A stretch of DNA of 63,270 nt, counting the filler, from Eremomyces bilateralis CBS 781.70 (Eukaryota): the NCBI GenBank assembly GCA_010015585.1. It is 5 parts of 4 records of this genome, joined end to end, with 100 filler letters (N's around TTAATTAATTAA, not from the genome) between each part and the next. Parts side by side here need not be neighbours in the genome. Positions count along the whole stretch, not along the records: positions 1 to 25,172 come from ML975202.1; 4 more parts are not named here. One strand, given 5' to 3'. How positions within the stretch are numbered: the first letter of the stretch is position 1; every line of letters starts with the position of its first letter. A program made the position numbers and the translations under genes. Below, piece after piece: positions 1-12,100 of the stretch. The notes under the pieces were generated by a model. That model was not told the origin of the DNA, made no database searches, and saw nothing but the letters and a program-made list of their open reading frames with translations.

Positions 1-61
1 CCTTCTGCCTTAGGCCGCAAGGCCACAACACACAGACTGGGCAAAGCCCAAGACTGTCACA
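1..61 (-). mobile_element. Gypsy LTR family A, partial (runs off window edge)
   Basis: Reverse complement of the start of the 188-bp LTR at 22445-22632 (TGTGACAGTCTTGGG...). Confidence 0.9.
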
Positions 62-1066
62 ACCGCAGGCGTTAAAGATGGTAGTCGGTATTGCGATCGT
101 GACGTACCTCCACGGTTTCTAGGAACCTATCGAGAGGTTAAAGCGTAAGCTGCTTTAGAGGCGTAGTAGGCCGTATAGAGTATATCGACGAACTTATTAT
201 AGTTACTAAAATTAAGACCCGCGATGGTTGTAGGGAGAATAAGTTATCGTATCTTACTGTAAGGTCACGAGATGGTTGTGGGCATAGAGTGAGATGGTCA
301 CGAGTAATAGACGAGTAGTAGACGAGTAGTAGACGAGTCAAGCGGTATAGATTGATAATATCTGTGCCTCAATACTTAGACTGATCCTTAAAGAAGGAGA
401 AGGAGAAGGGTTCAATGAAGGGTCCTCAAATAGTGGCTCCATTGTGTTACACGTGACTTAGCAGTAGCGGGGTCATGTGCAGTCCTCGAGTCTGTCAAGA
501 CTCGTTCCAAGTCTCCTGTGACTGATGGTCACGTGATCCATCCTCACACTTACTACTCAGCTTTTCTTAGAGAACGTTGATTTTAGTTCGAGCATCTTAG
601 TAATCTATCTGAGCCTCGGTCTGGAGTCGTTGGTACTCTTTTATAAACTCTAGAAACGGCTTATTAACTTGCTTTAGGCGAACGAATTAAGAGTAAGTAC
701 GTTTAGCCTTATATTCGTCTCGATATCTCGAATCTAGGAAAGCTATAAATTTCTCTATATCCTGGGAAGCTGTGTTCCTGTCCCTCTATTGCGTAGTAAA
801 TAGCGCGGGTCCTCTATCGAGGAAGGCATAGATATAGGCAATTGCGGTTACGTGATTATGAGCGACAAGATGTCTATCCACTTGAATCTTGTTTTGTATA
901 TTTGCTCTCTAAACTTTGTACTTCTTCTTATCTCCCTCGAATCTCGTTAGTTTCGGGAGTTTCTGATTCCTGTCCCTAGCTAGGGTCTTAGTAGGGGTCT
1001 CTGGCTTAGCAGCTCCCTTAGGAGCGGTAGCTTCGCTTTAGACTTTTTTGGTTTACGGTGTCTCGG
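62..1066 (-). pseudogene. RIP-mutated fragment of Gypsy-A gag, interrupted by solo LTR B
   Basis: Reverse-complement match to ~22928-23634 with many C>T/G>A transitions. Confidence 0.9.
258..548. mobile_element. Solo LTR family B (291 bp)
   Basis: TG...CA ends, 5-bp TSD CTTAC at 253-257 and 549-553; a partial second copy lies at 50528-50593. Confidence 0.9.
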
Positions 1067-1254
1067 TATCATGGGCCCAAACCACGAAGGATTTGGTAAG
1101 CTGGTAACGCTGTTGAATTGCTAAAGAGAGAAGGAGAAGATCTCTCTCACTGCGATCTGCTATTTACATCTGTGGGCAAACGGTCTACCCATTCCTTCTG
1201 CCTTAGGCCGCAAGGCCACAACACACAGATTGGGCGAAGCCTAAGACTGTCACA
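1067..1254 (-). mobile_element. Gypsy LTR family A, full length
   Basis: Near-identical reverse complement of 22445-22632; the terminal TGTCA is mutated to TATCA. Confidence 0.92.
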
Positions 1255-2157
1255 CAAAAGTCTGAAATAGCGCATATTAGTTTTGACCTTTCTCATTCTA
1301 AGCATACCATTTCTATCAATGGTCATTTTATCGACAATAGACGTTGAGGCGAATTAGCTGAATACAACAGATCTGAGCTAACGTTGGAATCAACAGACAT
1401 GCCAAGATCGAGGAAATCTACTCCCAGCTCACCCCGGTCTGACCTAGGGTTTACCCTCTCACCGTCCCACTGGGAGGGGTTCACCAAGTGGGGAAAACTG
1501 GTTCAGTGTCAACGAATGGTCTTGGCGTCAGCTTGGCCGACCTTGTAGTCGATCACTACCCCCTGTAGTGATTGAGGGAACGGCACGCCATGGCCACTAG
1601 AACGTCGAAGTTCCTCGTACTCTTAAGACGCTGGAGGATATACGAATATATACTAATCACTCCTGCTAGGAACGATGCATGTTTATCGTGGCAATGTCAG
1701 AATAATCCATGTCAATCTATTTTCTCAAGGACATTTGTTTGTCTGGGCGTCGCTATTGACGCGAATGAGCTCCAGCTCTGAATAAATGAATGAAAACATG
1801 AGCATTCAGTATACCGCCTGATACATGTGCTCCTCTGCCGATGAGACAAATTGCTTACAGAATATCTAGGCCAAATTACCCCAAGTAGAACATCCAGGGA
1901 CTGGTTGCCAAGCTTGTTATTTGATAGAGCAATCTGCGGCTATCAATATGAAAACCTTAGCGTTTTCACCTCATTGCACTTTCTCCATCACTATACGCTA
2001 TTATCACGTTCCCACCCTCCAGATCTTGGCCATGCCACTCAATCGTATATAAAGACTAGCTAGAGTCGTCCTGTTCTCACTTCTCACCACACAGCTCTAC
2101 TTCATTCTTTCATTTCTAACACTCTCGTTTCGTATGGTCTCTTATTTGACAGTCAAG

Positions 2158-3005
2158 ATGCGGTTCATCACTTCGATCTTTTTAGCTTCGTTGGCTGTGG
2201 CAGCCCCAGTGGATCTAGAGGCTCGCCAATTTGGTGGTGGCTTGTTCGGTGGTGGTGGTCTCGGTGGCGGAGCAGGAGGTTGCGCTGAGGTTATCTTCAT
2301 GTTTGCACGTGGTTCAACTGAGCCCCCAACCATGGTAAGAAGCTTTTCTTCTTTGGAACCAGGGGAAGAAGAAACTGACGGAAATAATAGGGCATATTGA
2401 TTGGACCCCCTCTTGAGCGAGCCTTGGAGAGGCAAATCCCCAGCCTTAAGACCGTCGGTATCAACTACGACGCTGCTATCATGGACAACGTGTCCCGCGG
2501 TGGTACAACTGCAAAGCAGATCAATACTGCCACTCAGGCCTTCAACCAGCAAATGTCGCAGTGCCCTGACGCAATCTTCGTCGCCAGCGGCTACTCTCAA
2601 GGCGCCGCTCTCATGCACCGAACCATTGAGAAGATGCCTCAGGCGCAGAAGGACCGCATCGCCGCCGTCGTCCTCTATGGTGACACCCAGAACCAGGAGG
2701 ACAATGGCCAGATCCCCAACTTCCCCCGTGAGAAGGTCAAGATCTTCTGCAACGCCTCCGATGGCGTCTGCGGCCGCAGCCTGACGGTCAACGCTGGCCA
2801 CTTGTCGTACTCTGGTGATATCCAACCCGGTGCGCAGTTCCTCGCCCAGGGTGTCCAAAGGCTCAAGCAAGGTGGCGGTGTCTCTTCTAGTGGCTCTACT
2901 GCTTCGACATCTGGCAGCCTTGGTGGGCTTGGATCAGGCGGTCTCGGTAGCCTCTTCGGAGGCAGCTCTGGCGGCTTCGGTGGCATTTTCGGTCGCCGCT
3001 CTTAA
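2158..3005 (+). CDS. Secreted cutinase (CE5) with Gly-rich N- and C-terminal extensions, ~263 aa
   Basis: Signal peptide MRFITSIFLASLAVA, propeptide ending LEAR; motifs FARGSTE, GYSQG, YGD, FCNASDGVC, GHLSY; intron 2335-2390 (GTAAGA...CTGAC...TAG) keeps frame; TATATAAA at ~2046. Confidence 0.93.
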
Positions 3006-3379
3006 GGGAGAAGCTACCGCTTCTGCATCCTTCCAAATGGCACGGCAATTGCGCCATTTTCGCATGCGTTGCGCTGAAGTGTAGTGCCGCATATGTACTT
3101 GAAGGCAACGGAACTACGCAGGTATAAGCCATTTACCTCACTAGCGCGCCAGAATCCTTAGCAATACAATATCTTTGTGTGAATGAATGCCAGTGTGTTC
3201 TGTAAGCAGCTGAGACTGCGCATTCTGTAACTGGATGTGGCTGCCTGTAGTAAAGGATGAGAAAACCCTGTCCGGAATTGGCCTCTTTTACTAGCGATTT
3301 CGCTGCAATTCCTAACTCCTGGTGGAGATATGGTTATGGAGAGACTACCCAGCTCTGAGCTTTTAATCTGTGTATGTAA

Positions 3380-3503
3380 TGTAGAAGTATTGATACGTCA
3401 TTGATTGATCTATCTAGGAGTATGGGAGGCCTCGGAGGAATAGGAGGTAACCACACATGATACTAGCCGTATTGGGATGTCACCTGATTCCCAACCTCTA
3501 GGG
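3380..3503 (-). mobile_element. Truncated LTR family G
   Basis: Reverse complement of most of the solo LTR at 35208-35350. Confidence 0.85.
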
Positions 3504-4282
3504 GTTTACCTCAGCAAGCTCAGGCTATTTATTATCGTGCCTGAGGCAACAAACCGCACTATACCTAATCGGTAAATGCAGTTCTCAAATAAATAGCCTG
3601 AGGATCCTGTCAATGACGCGCACTGGCTGTTCGATAATTTGTATGCGTTTTTCAGGATTTTGGAAAATCTCACTTTTGGATATTCTTCAATAACAACACG
3701 AGGACTTATTGGATTTGCCCTCAAATTCACTGGGCTGTGCAGCAGGGTTTACTTTATCTGGAAATTGAATCTTTTTCCACTCCCGATGTGTGATAGATCA
3801 GAGCAGTAGGGCGCAGGGGGCTACTAAAATATCTGGTAAAAGAGACGACGGCATCTACAAAACAGCCTTAGATATTCCAAGCAATTTAAATAAGGGGTTT
3901 ATAGGAAGTTGCGTTTAGAAGGCGAGCGCATCCTCGGAATCGAGCATGAGTAGGGCAGTCCAAATGAGCTCATCTGGATTAAATGATGAATTACGGAGGG
4001 GTCTCATAAAAGGTGGCAGTAATGGGCCCGTGCGTTTCTGATTCAGCATGATGAGTCATCATGCTGAGTCATGTAACCTGCCTTCTTTATGAAGAATTCA
4101 GGATTGAAGCTACGTATATACACGTCCATTCCTGCTATGGTTTGGTCATTTAGGTGATGGAAATGTTGATTACAAGACTATATACAGTTGGAGCGAGCTA
4201 TACGAATGGGTAGAATCTACAAATACCGATGTGGGTGCCTCAGGCACTTACATTTGGGTAATGCTATACCCAATTGGGCTAG

Positions 4283-4454
4283 TGTGATGGATCAGAGGTC
4301 CGCAGACCTGGATGCCTTGTGGCCCTGTGGCCCGTTTGCTCTGTAAACACCAGAACAGATAAACGCCTCGCACACCTTAGATAGATTCCTCCTTCATAGC
4401 AACAATTCAATGTTTGCCTCACGATTGGAGATTCCCGACAGTGAGACTCTTACA
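4283..4454 (+). mobile_element. Solo LTR family C (172 bp)
   Basis: TGTGATGG...CTTACA with TSD GCTAG on both sides; five further copies in the window. Confidence 0.93.
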
Positions 4455-5087
4455 GCTAGTATTTATAAGGGCATTTATGGGCGCTAGGGCTAAATCGGGT
4501 TAGATTTCATGAAGACTTTATGAGGACGGCGTGCCCTAAGCATGAGTACATGAGACATGAGTAAGCGTTGAAAACGCACGAGCCACGGGCACGGATATGT
4601 CGAAATTACAGGCATAATTACGCCACAGGGGACGTTTTACTCATCTCCTACCCCGCTTGTGTGCCACATTCCTTACCCCTTTCCTTATATAAGCCATGCT
4701 GTTTTCCACTAGATATGGACCTAGAAAGCCCGAGTTTAAATTCCGCTTGCTTTCCTCTAGTGTAGAGGCTATCAATACATCGGATTTGAGGCTGGATATT
4801 GATGTGGTTTGACCATCTCGTCCCTATGCATGATCTGAAAGCATCTTACTGACCAATCGCCCTAATTCTTCTATAGGATCGATTTCCCAGAGGGTGTCAG
4901 AGAAACCTGTCGCCTCTTCATTCCTCAAAGGCACTCAGCTGTCCTGAACTACGATGATTGCTTTATAACAGGAGGCAACGTCTCGATTAACTCTGCATGT
5001 TGAGTAGAGAGATATAGAACCAGTTATAATACGGTCCTGAATCATCCAAACCAAGCAAAACAAGAAGCGTGAGACCCTCAGCTCAGT

Positions 5088-8000
5088 ATGCACGAGGCCA
5101 ACGACCGAGAGGTTCTCCGATGGCTTACGCAAGAGGACCCTTATACAAAACAACATCAGGTGGCATCGAAACGGTCTGCTGGTACCGGTAGATGGTTTCT
5201 AGATTCGCCCAAATTCAAGCGATGGTTGGCCGATGAGAAGCAGACTTTGTTCTGCCCTGGTCTTCCAGGCTCAGGAAAGACTGTCATCACTTCCATGGTT
5301 GTAGATACACTCGACGATACGTTTCAGGCCGACTTCACCATTGGTATCGCGTTTTATTATTGCAGTTTTCAGAGAGATTATCAACAGCTAGAAGAGCTCC
5401 TTAGAAGTCTTTTACTCCAACTGGGATGCCGCATGCCCTCACTACCAAACGCTTTGCTAGACCTTTACCAAAACCATGGGGCTAGATCAACACGCCCCTC
5501 AGTTGCAGAGCTTTTTGACGTTCTGGCTTCCATCGTCGCTGCTATGTCGAAGGTTTACATTGTCATTGATGCACTGGATGAGATGTCTAGTTCCCATCGA
5601 CGTGAGCTCCTCTTAGGACTCTTCACGCTTCAAAACAATTCTTCGGCCAACCTGTTTGCAACTTCACGCTTTATTCCCAACATCGTCAGCAGATTCAAGG
5701 GAACCCCGTCCCTGGAAATTGGTGGTACGGATACAGAGAGTGATCTGATTCAATACATGGACCAGCGTATACGCAAGCTACCCGCATTTGTTCAGCAAAG
5801 TCCAGAGCTTCAGGACAAGATCAAGACATCAGTCCTTAAGGCATCAAATGGAATGTAAGTATATTCGTGCACGGCTCAGCCGGCTTACTGACTTCCTTTA
5901 GGTTCTTACCTGCGAGGCTGCAATTCGAAGAGCTTGCAAGCAAAAGGACTCTGACGGCATTAAATGCCGCGATAACATCAGTACCCGAGGCATTGGACGA
6001 ACTTTACAGGAAGATTATGAGAAGAATTGAGAACCTGCCCCAAGAGGAAAGGCACCTTGCGAAAAAGGCTCTATCATGGCTCACCCTCGCAGAAAGACCC
6101 CTGAAAGAAGCCGAGCTTCGACATGCACTTGGAGTAGAAGAGGGCTCATCTACATTTGATGTTAAAAAGGTTCCAGAAACCGAAGATATCGTTACCCTGT
6201 GTGAGGGCTTCGTCACGTATGGAGAGACTGACGAAACCTTGGGTTTACTCCACATGTCAGTCTATGATTATCTCCAGGCATCCATGCATGAGTGGGGTCC
6301 AGATGCTAGAGCAACCGTCGCGACAGGTTGTATAACCTACCTTGCCTTTAACATCTTCCATGCTGGCTTCTGCAAAAGCGATGAAGAGTTCGAGTCAAGG
6401 CTACGAAACTTCCCTCTATACCACTACGCTGCTCGGCATTGGGGCAATCATCTTCATGGGATATCACCTCTGCCAAAAAACGAAATCTGCTCCTTTCTGA
6501 TGGACCAAGATAAGGTGGATTCTGCTAGTCAGGCAATGCTGGTTTCTGAAGATAATTCGTTGCAGCGGAACTATAGCCAAGGAGTAGCAAAGCAAGTGAC
6601 TGGGCTTCACCTTGCGGCATATTTTGGGCTGGAACTTGTAATAGAATTGCTAGTTGCGGAAGGTCAAAGCCCAGCTTCAAAGGATTCAGATGGTCGGACC
6701 CCATTGTGGCGTGCCACAGAAGAAAACCATGTGGAAGCAATGCGACTGCTAAGTCCCATGGATCGAACGACATTTATCATGATGTTAGCAAGGGGAGAGA
6801 AAGCTCTCACCGGCTCACTACTCCAGGCTGCAGGTCCAAGCATCAGGGATTTGCGGTTGAGGACGGCCTTACATATTGGTGTACTTCACAGCGATACAGA
6901 CATAATGGAGCAGGCACTCCGGTGCGGAGGAGACATCAATGCTAAGGATGGAGATGGAAATGCTCCGATCCAGCTGGCTTTGCAAGAAAAGAAAACTCAA
7001 GCCGTAGACTGGCTGCTTAATAAGGGTGCTCAGGCTGCGGACATCACCACTGAGAACTGGTTACAAGGTTACGGAAAACAGAAATCGGCCATCGTGAAGC
7101 TTTCTGGTGATAAATCGGGGCCAAAGGAAGTAACCTTTCTTACACTAGAGCAGTTCACAACAGAGATCACACTCTATCCTAACGAACAGAAACGGTTGTT
7201 GTAAGTCGTACCCCTTTATTCGCTCATTAAACCCCGTGTCCACGACTGACTTCGACTGACTAGTATTTTCAATAGCAGTTCCTCTTGGCCAGTGGAAGCC
7301 TCCCTGGATCCGCAATGCTGCCCACAAGACAGATTGATGCACTTCAAACGCTCGCTCGTGAAAGAACTAGTGTATCGCCACTCAATAATAGCATTAGTTC
7401 CTATCCCAGGCAATGTTAAAGAGGACAAACTGTTCAAATGGAGTGAAGGAGAGCTGAGAATAGCTTGGACCATGAAAATGCTTCCAGATTCCAGTGGTAA
7501 GGACAGTTGGACATCACAAGATCATTTCAGCACCCTTCCAGCTGGCTCGATTCCTGACAGTGGTGCGGCATTCGTCGAGACTTTGGTTCACGTTGTGACG
7601 AGAAAATGGTTAGAGCTCTGTGACTGCATAGATAGCCACTTGATTCGCTGTGTAGGTCTTATCCGCTTCAAGTTTAACATTAAAGACTATTTAGTTTACA
7701 GAGCCGCTAACATTTCATAGCGTCCCGATGTCCTCAATGCGAATGGAGGAGATCCTTATCTCATCGTCAGTCTTTTAGAAGACGCGAATACCTGGATCAA
7801 CCTACGTCACTTACTCAATAATCAGGTCGAAGATGTCAGAGTATTTCGTGTGGACTATGATAAGTATGGCTATAAAGATGAAGCCATTAACAGACTTACA
7901 CAGATCGCCGAAAACTTTGTACAGGTTGTTGATCTTAGGATCACTAAACTTGATAGAAGTTCATCTGAACTTATACAGCTGGTAAGATGCGCTGTTAATG

Positions 8001-8599
8001 CGATGCCGAGGGAAGGGCTCTTCCTTTCCGTGACTACATGCGAGGCATACATTCACTTAAACTGAGTCGAACTGCTTACGACTCATTAGGAGTTCAATCT
8101 TACCTCCATTCGAGAGGCTCAAAAGTCAACTACCCTTAATCGCGATATGAGCCGTCTCTCGCGGATCACCGTAAGAAGTCTACGTGTTACATCGTTTGCT
8201 ATCTTTTCTGACCTTATAGTTTGTATTCCTTCCACTCCTCTTTATATCTGTACGTGTTTCTCGGCAAAGTTTTACACGTCCTATTTTAGATCCTAATTTG
8301 AGACAGGGATTGTTCGGCATGAATGTTGATGTCCTCAAGGTGAACCCGCCTTGGTGGTGGTATATAGTGTTTGCGGTTGTGGCACTGGCCTTGACAATGA
8401 CCGTTTGGATCATCTTCAAGCGATACCCAAATGTACGTAGGCCTTGTATTTCGAGAGTTCTCTTGTGGTCATACGCTGATAGATTTGTCAATAGTTAGAA
8501 GACAGGATAGAGAAGTCGTTTGCGTGGCTTGTTGGGTCTCAAACGCCCCATGACGTCGAGAGAGGGTTTTGGCCGAAGGAAAAGAAGAAAATTAATTGA
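5088..8599 (+). CDS. NLR-like protein: NACHT - winged helix - ankyrin - CorA-like two-TM (GMN) domain, ~1018 aa, 8 exons
   Basis: Exons 5088-5854, 5902-7200, 7264-7651, 7721-7981, 8090-8170, 8220-8249, 8307-8432 and 8495-8599 splice in frame with GT-AG. Walker A GLPGSGKT, Walker B IVIDALDE, TSR, WLTLAERPL, ankyrin TGLHLAAYFG/GRTPLW/TALHIG, then ITFVFLPLLFISGLFGMNV..NPPWWWYIVF. Confidence 0.85.
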
Positions 8600-8940
8600 G
8601 AGTGACTTAACTAATCTCTGATATCAAATTTCTTTGACACGGTCTAGATGCGCAAGGTCTGCGATTACCAAGTGCCTGGAGGAACGAAGTGCCTGGAGGA
8701 ACGAAGTTCCGTAAGGTCTTTGGTCGCACGAGGGGAGACAACAAACTTTGCCTTGAGGAACTCAAGGTGCCTTGAGGAACTCAAGGTTTATGCCGCCCTT
8801 TTCCAACGGTACCAAATTTCACGTGATTTTCACGGGTTTTGACCAAATCACGTGTGTTTCACGTGATACGTCACGTGACCCGATTTTCTTTGTGCCGTCA
8901 TTTTCTTTGTGCCTAATATAGCAAATCGAATCTGGAATAA

Positions 8941-9048
8941 GGGCACAAGGCCACAAGGCACCAATGTATGTAATTAGTCAGCCCAGGTAGTTCCCCACAT
9001 GGGCCTCGCCGAGAGGCTTGACGGGCGTATGAATCTCTCTCTCTCTCT
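8941..9048 (+). mobile_element. 5'-truncated non-LTR retroelement tail with (TC)n end
   Basis: Flanked by AATCTGGAATAA / AATCTTGAATAA (12 bp, 1 mismatch); the 3' ~52 bp recur at 26352-26403. Confidence 0.7.
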
Positions 9049-9160
9049 AATCTTGAATAATAATATATGTCCTCCGCTTCGGTCCTAGATCCGCCCAGGT
9101 TCGCTGCTTTCCTCTCCGAACACTAGTTCAGTTACTCTGATGACTATTACTCGGTACATT

Positions 9161-12100
9161 TTAAACATTTGGTTCCCCTTGGTGCGCTGTGAGCCTTTCC
9201 TCTAATGACCAGTCCCAAGATTCCGCGTCCTGGATGGTCGTCTCGCTCAGCCGTTCTAGCCTGGCCTCCGCCGCGACCATGTTATCGGGCACCCGATTGC
9301 CTACGAAGTCCCGTTCTCGTGCCTTGGACAGGAGCATAATGCCATCTAGCGACGGGCAGCGCGACAGCTGCACGTACAAGCTATACGGATCGCATTGGCT
9401 GGCCACCGCCTTGCCGTCGATATTGGTCACCCGCGTCCCCCGCAACTCCAGCGCCACTGGGTTTAGCGTCTTGCCTTGCACTTTGTAATCCGTACAGGCG
9501 AATGCGGCTGTACATGGCAACCCGCGGCGGCTGACGTGGTGCTTTTGCCATGGCCGCTTCCTCTGGCACTCGATTTTGGTACTGATGGGTGTGAGAAGCA
9601 CGGTGCCGGCCGGCATGCCGACGAAACGGAAGTCTCGTGCCGTCTCCGACGCCAGCAGGATCCCCGCCGGAGGGCCGAAGTGGAGGATGGTGTCGGCGTC
9701 GACGCGATGGCCCGGGTATGCCTCGTCGAGAACGACGTCCAACGCCGCGTAGCTGGCGCCGTTGACCAGCTTCAGGCCTTGGTGGGTATTGTGATTGACG
9801 ACGATGGGCATCCCAGGCACGAACATGAAGATGGCTGGGACCGGAACGGCGCTATCGTCCCCGTAACGGAACATCATGAGCGCTTCCTCCTCCGTCGGCT
9901 GGCCGTCTTTCCACTTATGTTCGGACATGAAAATCCGGAGCTGCCCTTGCCGTTGCCTTTGAAACGACAGTATGGCCTCGACGTTCAAGTTCCACCGGTT
10001 CCGGTTCAGCGGCGTAACGACGGTGATGCCGGACTCCCATGGGATCCGTCGGCCTTCCCGGTAGCACATGCGGTTCAGGAAATCCACGTCGGACCGCTCT
10101 TGCACGCCTTCCCTGATCCGCTTTAGGAGTCGCTGTAGTCGTGCATCTCCTGCGGCACGGACTTGTTCGTCGAGCATAACCACCGTGGTGAACTTCGTCC
10201 ACAGAGCGTGTGCTTTATCATGCTGGTACCTCTGCTCTGCTCGGAACGATTTATCTTCGGTCCACGCAACGGCCTGACTGGGGAGCAGGATCGACCGCTC
10301 CTGCACCGGACGGAACTGGTGGAAATCCCCACAGAAGACGACGATAGGGATCCCGCCAAATGCGTCTGCACACCCTCGCAGCCTACATAGCTGTTCGTTT
10401 ACCACGTACAGTGTCCGCGCGCCGAGCATGCTAACTTCGTCGACGATAAGCAGGTCTTTTTCCTGCCACTCCGCCCGGCTTCGTCCGTCGATACGGCGAC
10501 TTGCTGAGCTACTCGAGGCGAATCTCTCCAGATCCGTACTCCGATCTCCCCACAAGCCGGTAGCTTTCGAGAATCCACAGGCGGAGTGGATAGTGATCCC
10601 GTTGATATTGGCTGCCGCCGTTCCCGAGGTCGCCGTGACTAGCAGACGGTGCGAGATCCCCTTACTTGCGAACAGCTCCGCGATAGCCCCGATAGTCCGA
10701 GATTTCCCCGTGCCGCCCTCGCCTCCGATAAATTGGCAGAGCTGGGGAACTCCGTGCTCGTCGCGGCGGATCCGGTCTAGCTGGCGACAGATCAGTCGAA
10801 GTGCGATACTTTGTTTTCGATTTAAGGTGAACGTCTGCTCCGCCAACTGTCTCCCTGTCGCAGAGAACGACGTGGAGGGACCGAGCTGGATACCCATAGA
10901 TGGGCCTGCGCCCCCGCCCCTGCCCCCGGCCGGGCCTTCCGACTCGGCCGTCGTGGAATGGACCTCGTGCTCTCCGAAACCGTTCGGCACCCTAGAGTCT
11001 GCGGACCTGTCCCCGGCTCCGTCGTTCTCGACCGGGCCCTGGATCCCTTGGGTCCTCCTCTCTCTCTCTCTGGAGGCGCTCTTTTGCTGCGCCTTGATCG
11101 ACTTGAGCATCTCCTGTGCTGGCACTCTTACCACCGCTGCCCCTGGAGACCAGCCTTCTTGGGTGCCAGGAGTCCTTGGCCCTTGCTCGAGAATGGTCGT
11201 AGCGCGCAGTTCGTCCATAGAACCTAAGGCCGTTTGCTGGAATCGACCCATTTGCTCTACCGTCCTCGAGATCTCTTTCGAGCCGGCCGTGATCTGGTTG
11301 GCTCCCATTGCGTTCCGTAAGACGTCGATGAGGCGTACTGCATTGCCGAGACTGTCGGACCGATACGTTGTCCTTGGTCCTTCGTCCCCATCGTCATCCC
11401 TGTCCTCTAGCTCGACCGTATCGACGGGAGGATCCGTCTCTCCGGACATAGCAGCCCATTGTTTGGCATCGCGCTTCGCATCTTCGGCCGACCGGTGTAG
11501 GAGTTGGATATTGTCGGCGACGAATGCCATCCTCCGAGGCAAGGCCTGCTTCCGATTCTCCCAGATAGCGTTGATGTCGCCCGATGTCTCGAACAAGAAC
11601 GATTCCCACGGTACAAAGATGGCAAGATGCTGAACAGCCGCTCTACGTTTGCCCCCAAAAAGTCAACCCTTCCTGCGCATCGTTTGCTTCTCTCTTGCAC
11701 ATGAATATACATACCTCTTATAGTAGACCTCGCTTTCGTCACTCAGGTTCCTGCTCAGGTAGCCGTCGAAACAGACCATCGCGTGCTCGCCGGGCTTTCG
11801 CAGCACCTGCACCCACGACTGTGACAGAGGCCAGGCACTATCTAATTGTACCTCCCCCCGCGCGCCGACGCCCTCGCCCTTTCGCTTCAACTTAACGACC
11901 GACATATAGTCGTAGAGCGATAGCCCTTGCAGAAGTTGGCCACGGTACGGGTATGCCTGCACCAGAGAGATTCTCTCTCCCGCCTCGTGTAAGAGCACCG
12001 TCTCCTCGACCGACTCGTCTAGAGTATCTATGCCACTCTCGCATCGCAAGTGCCGCCATCGGCGGAAAATATGCCAGTAAAGGGAAGAAACGTTAAGAAA

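Noticed and set aside
2142..2986. Minus-strand ORFs over the cutinase, and the Pro-rich ORF 30532-30774
   Set aside because: Antisense shadows of Gly-rich coding sequence.
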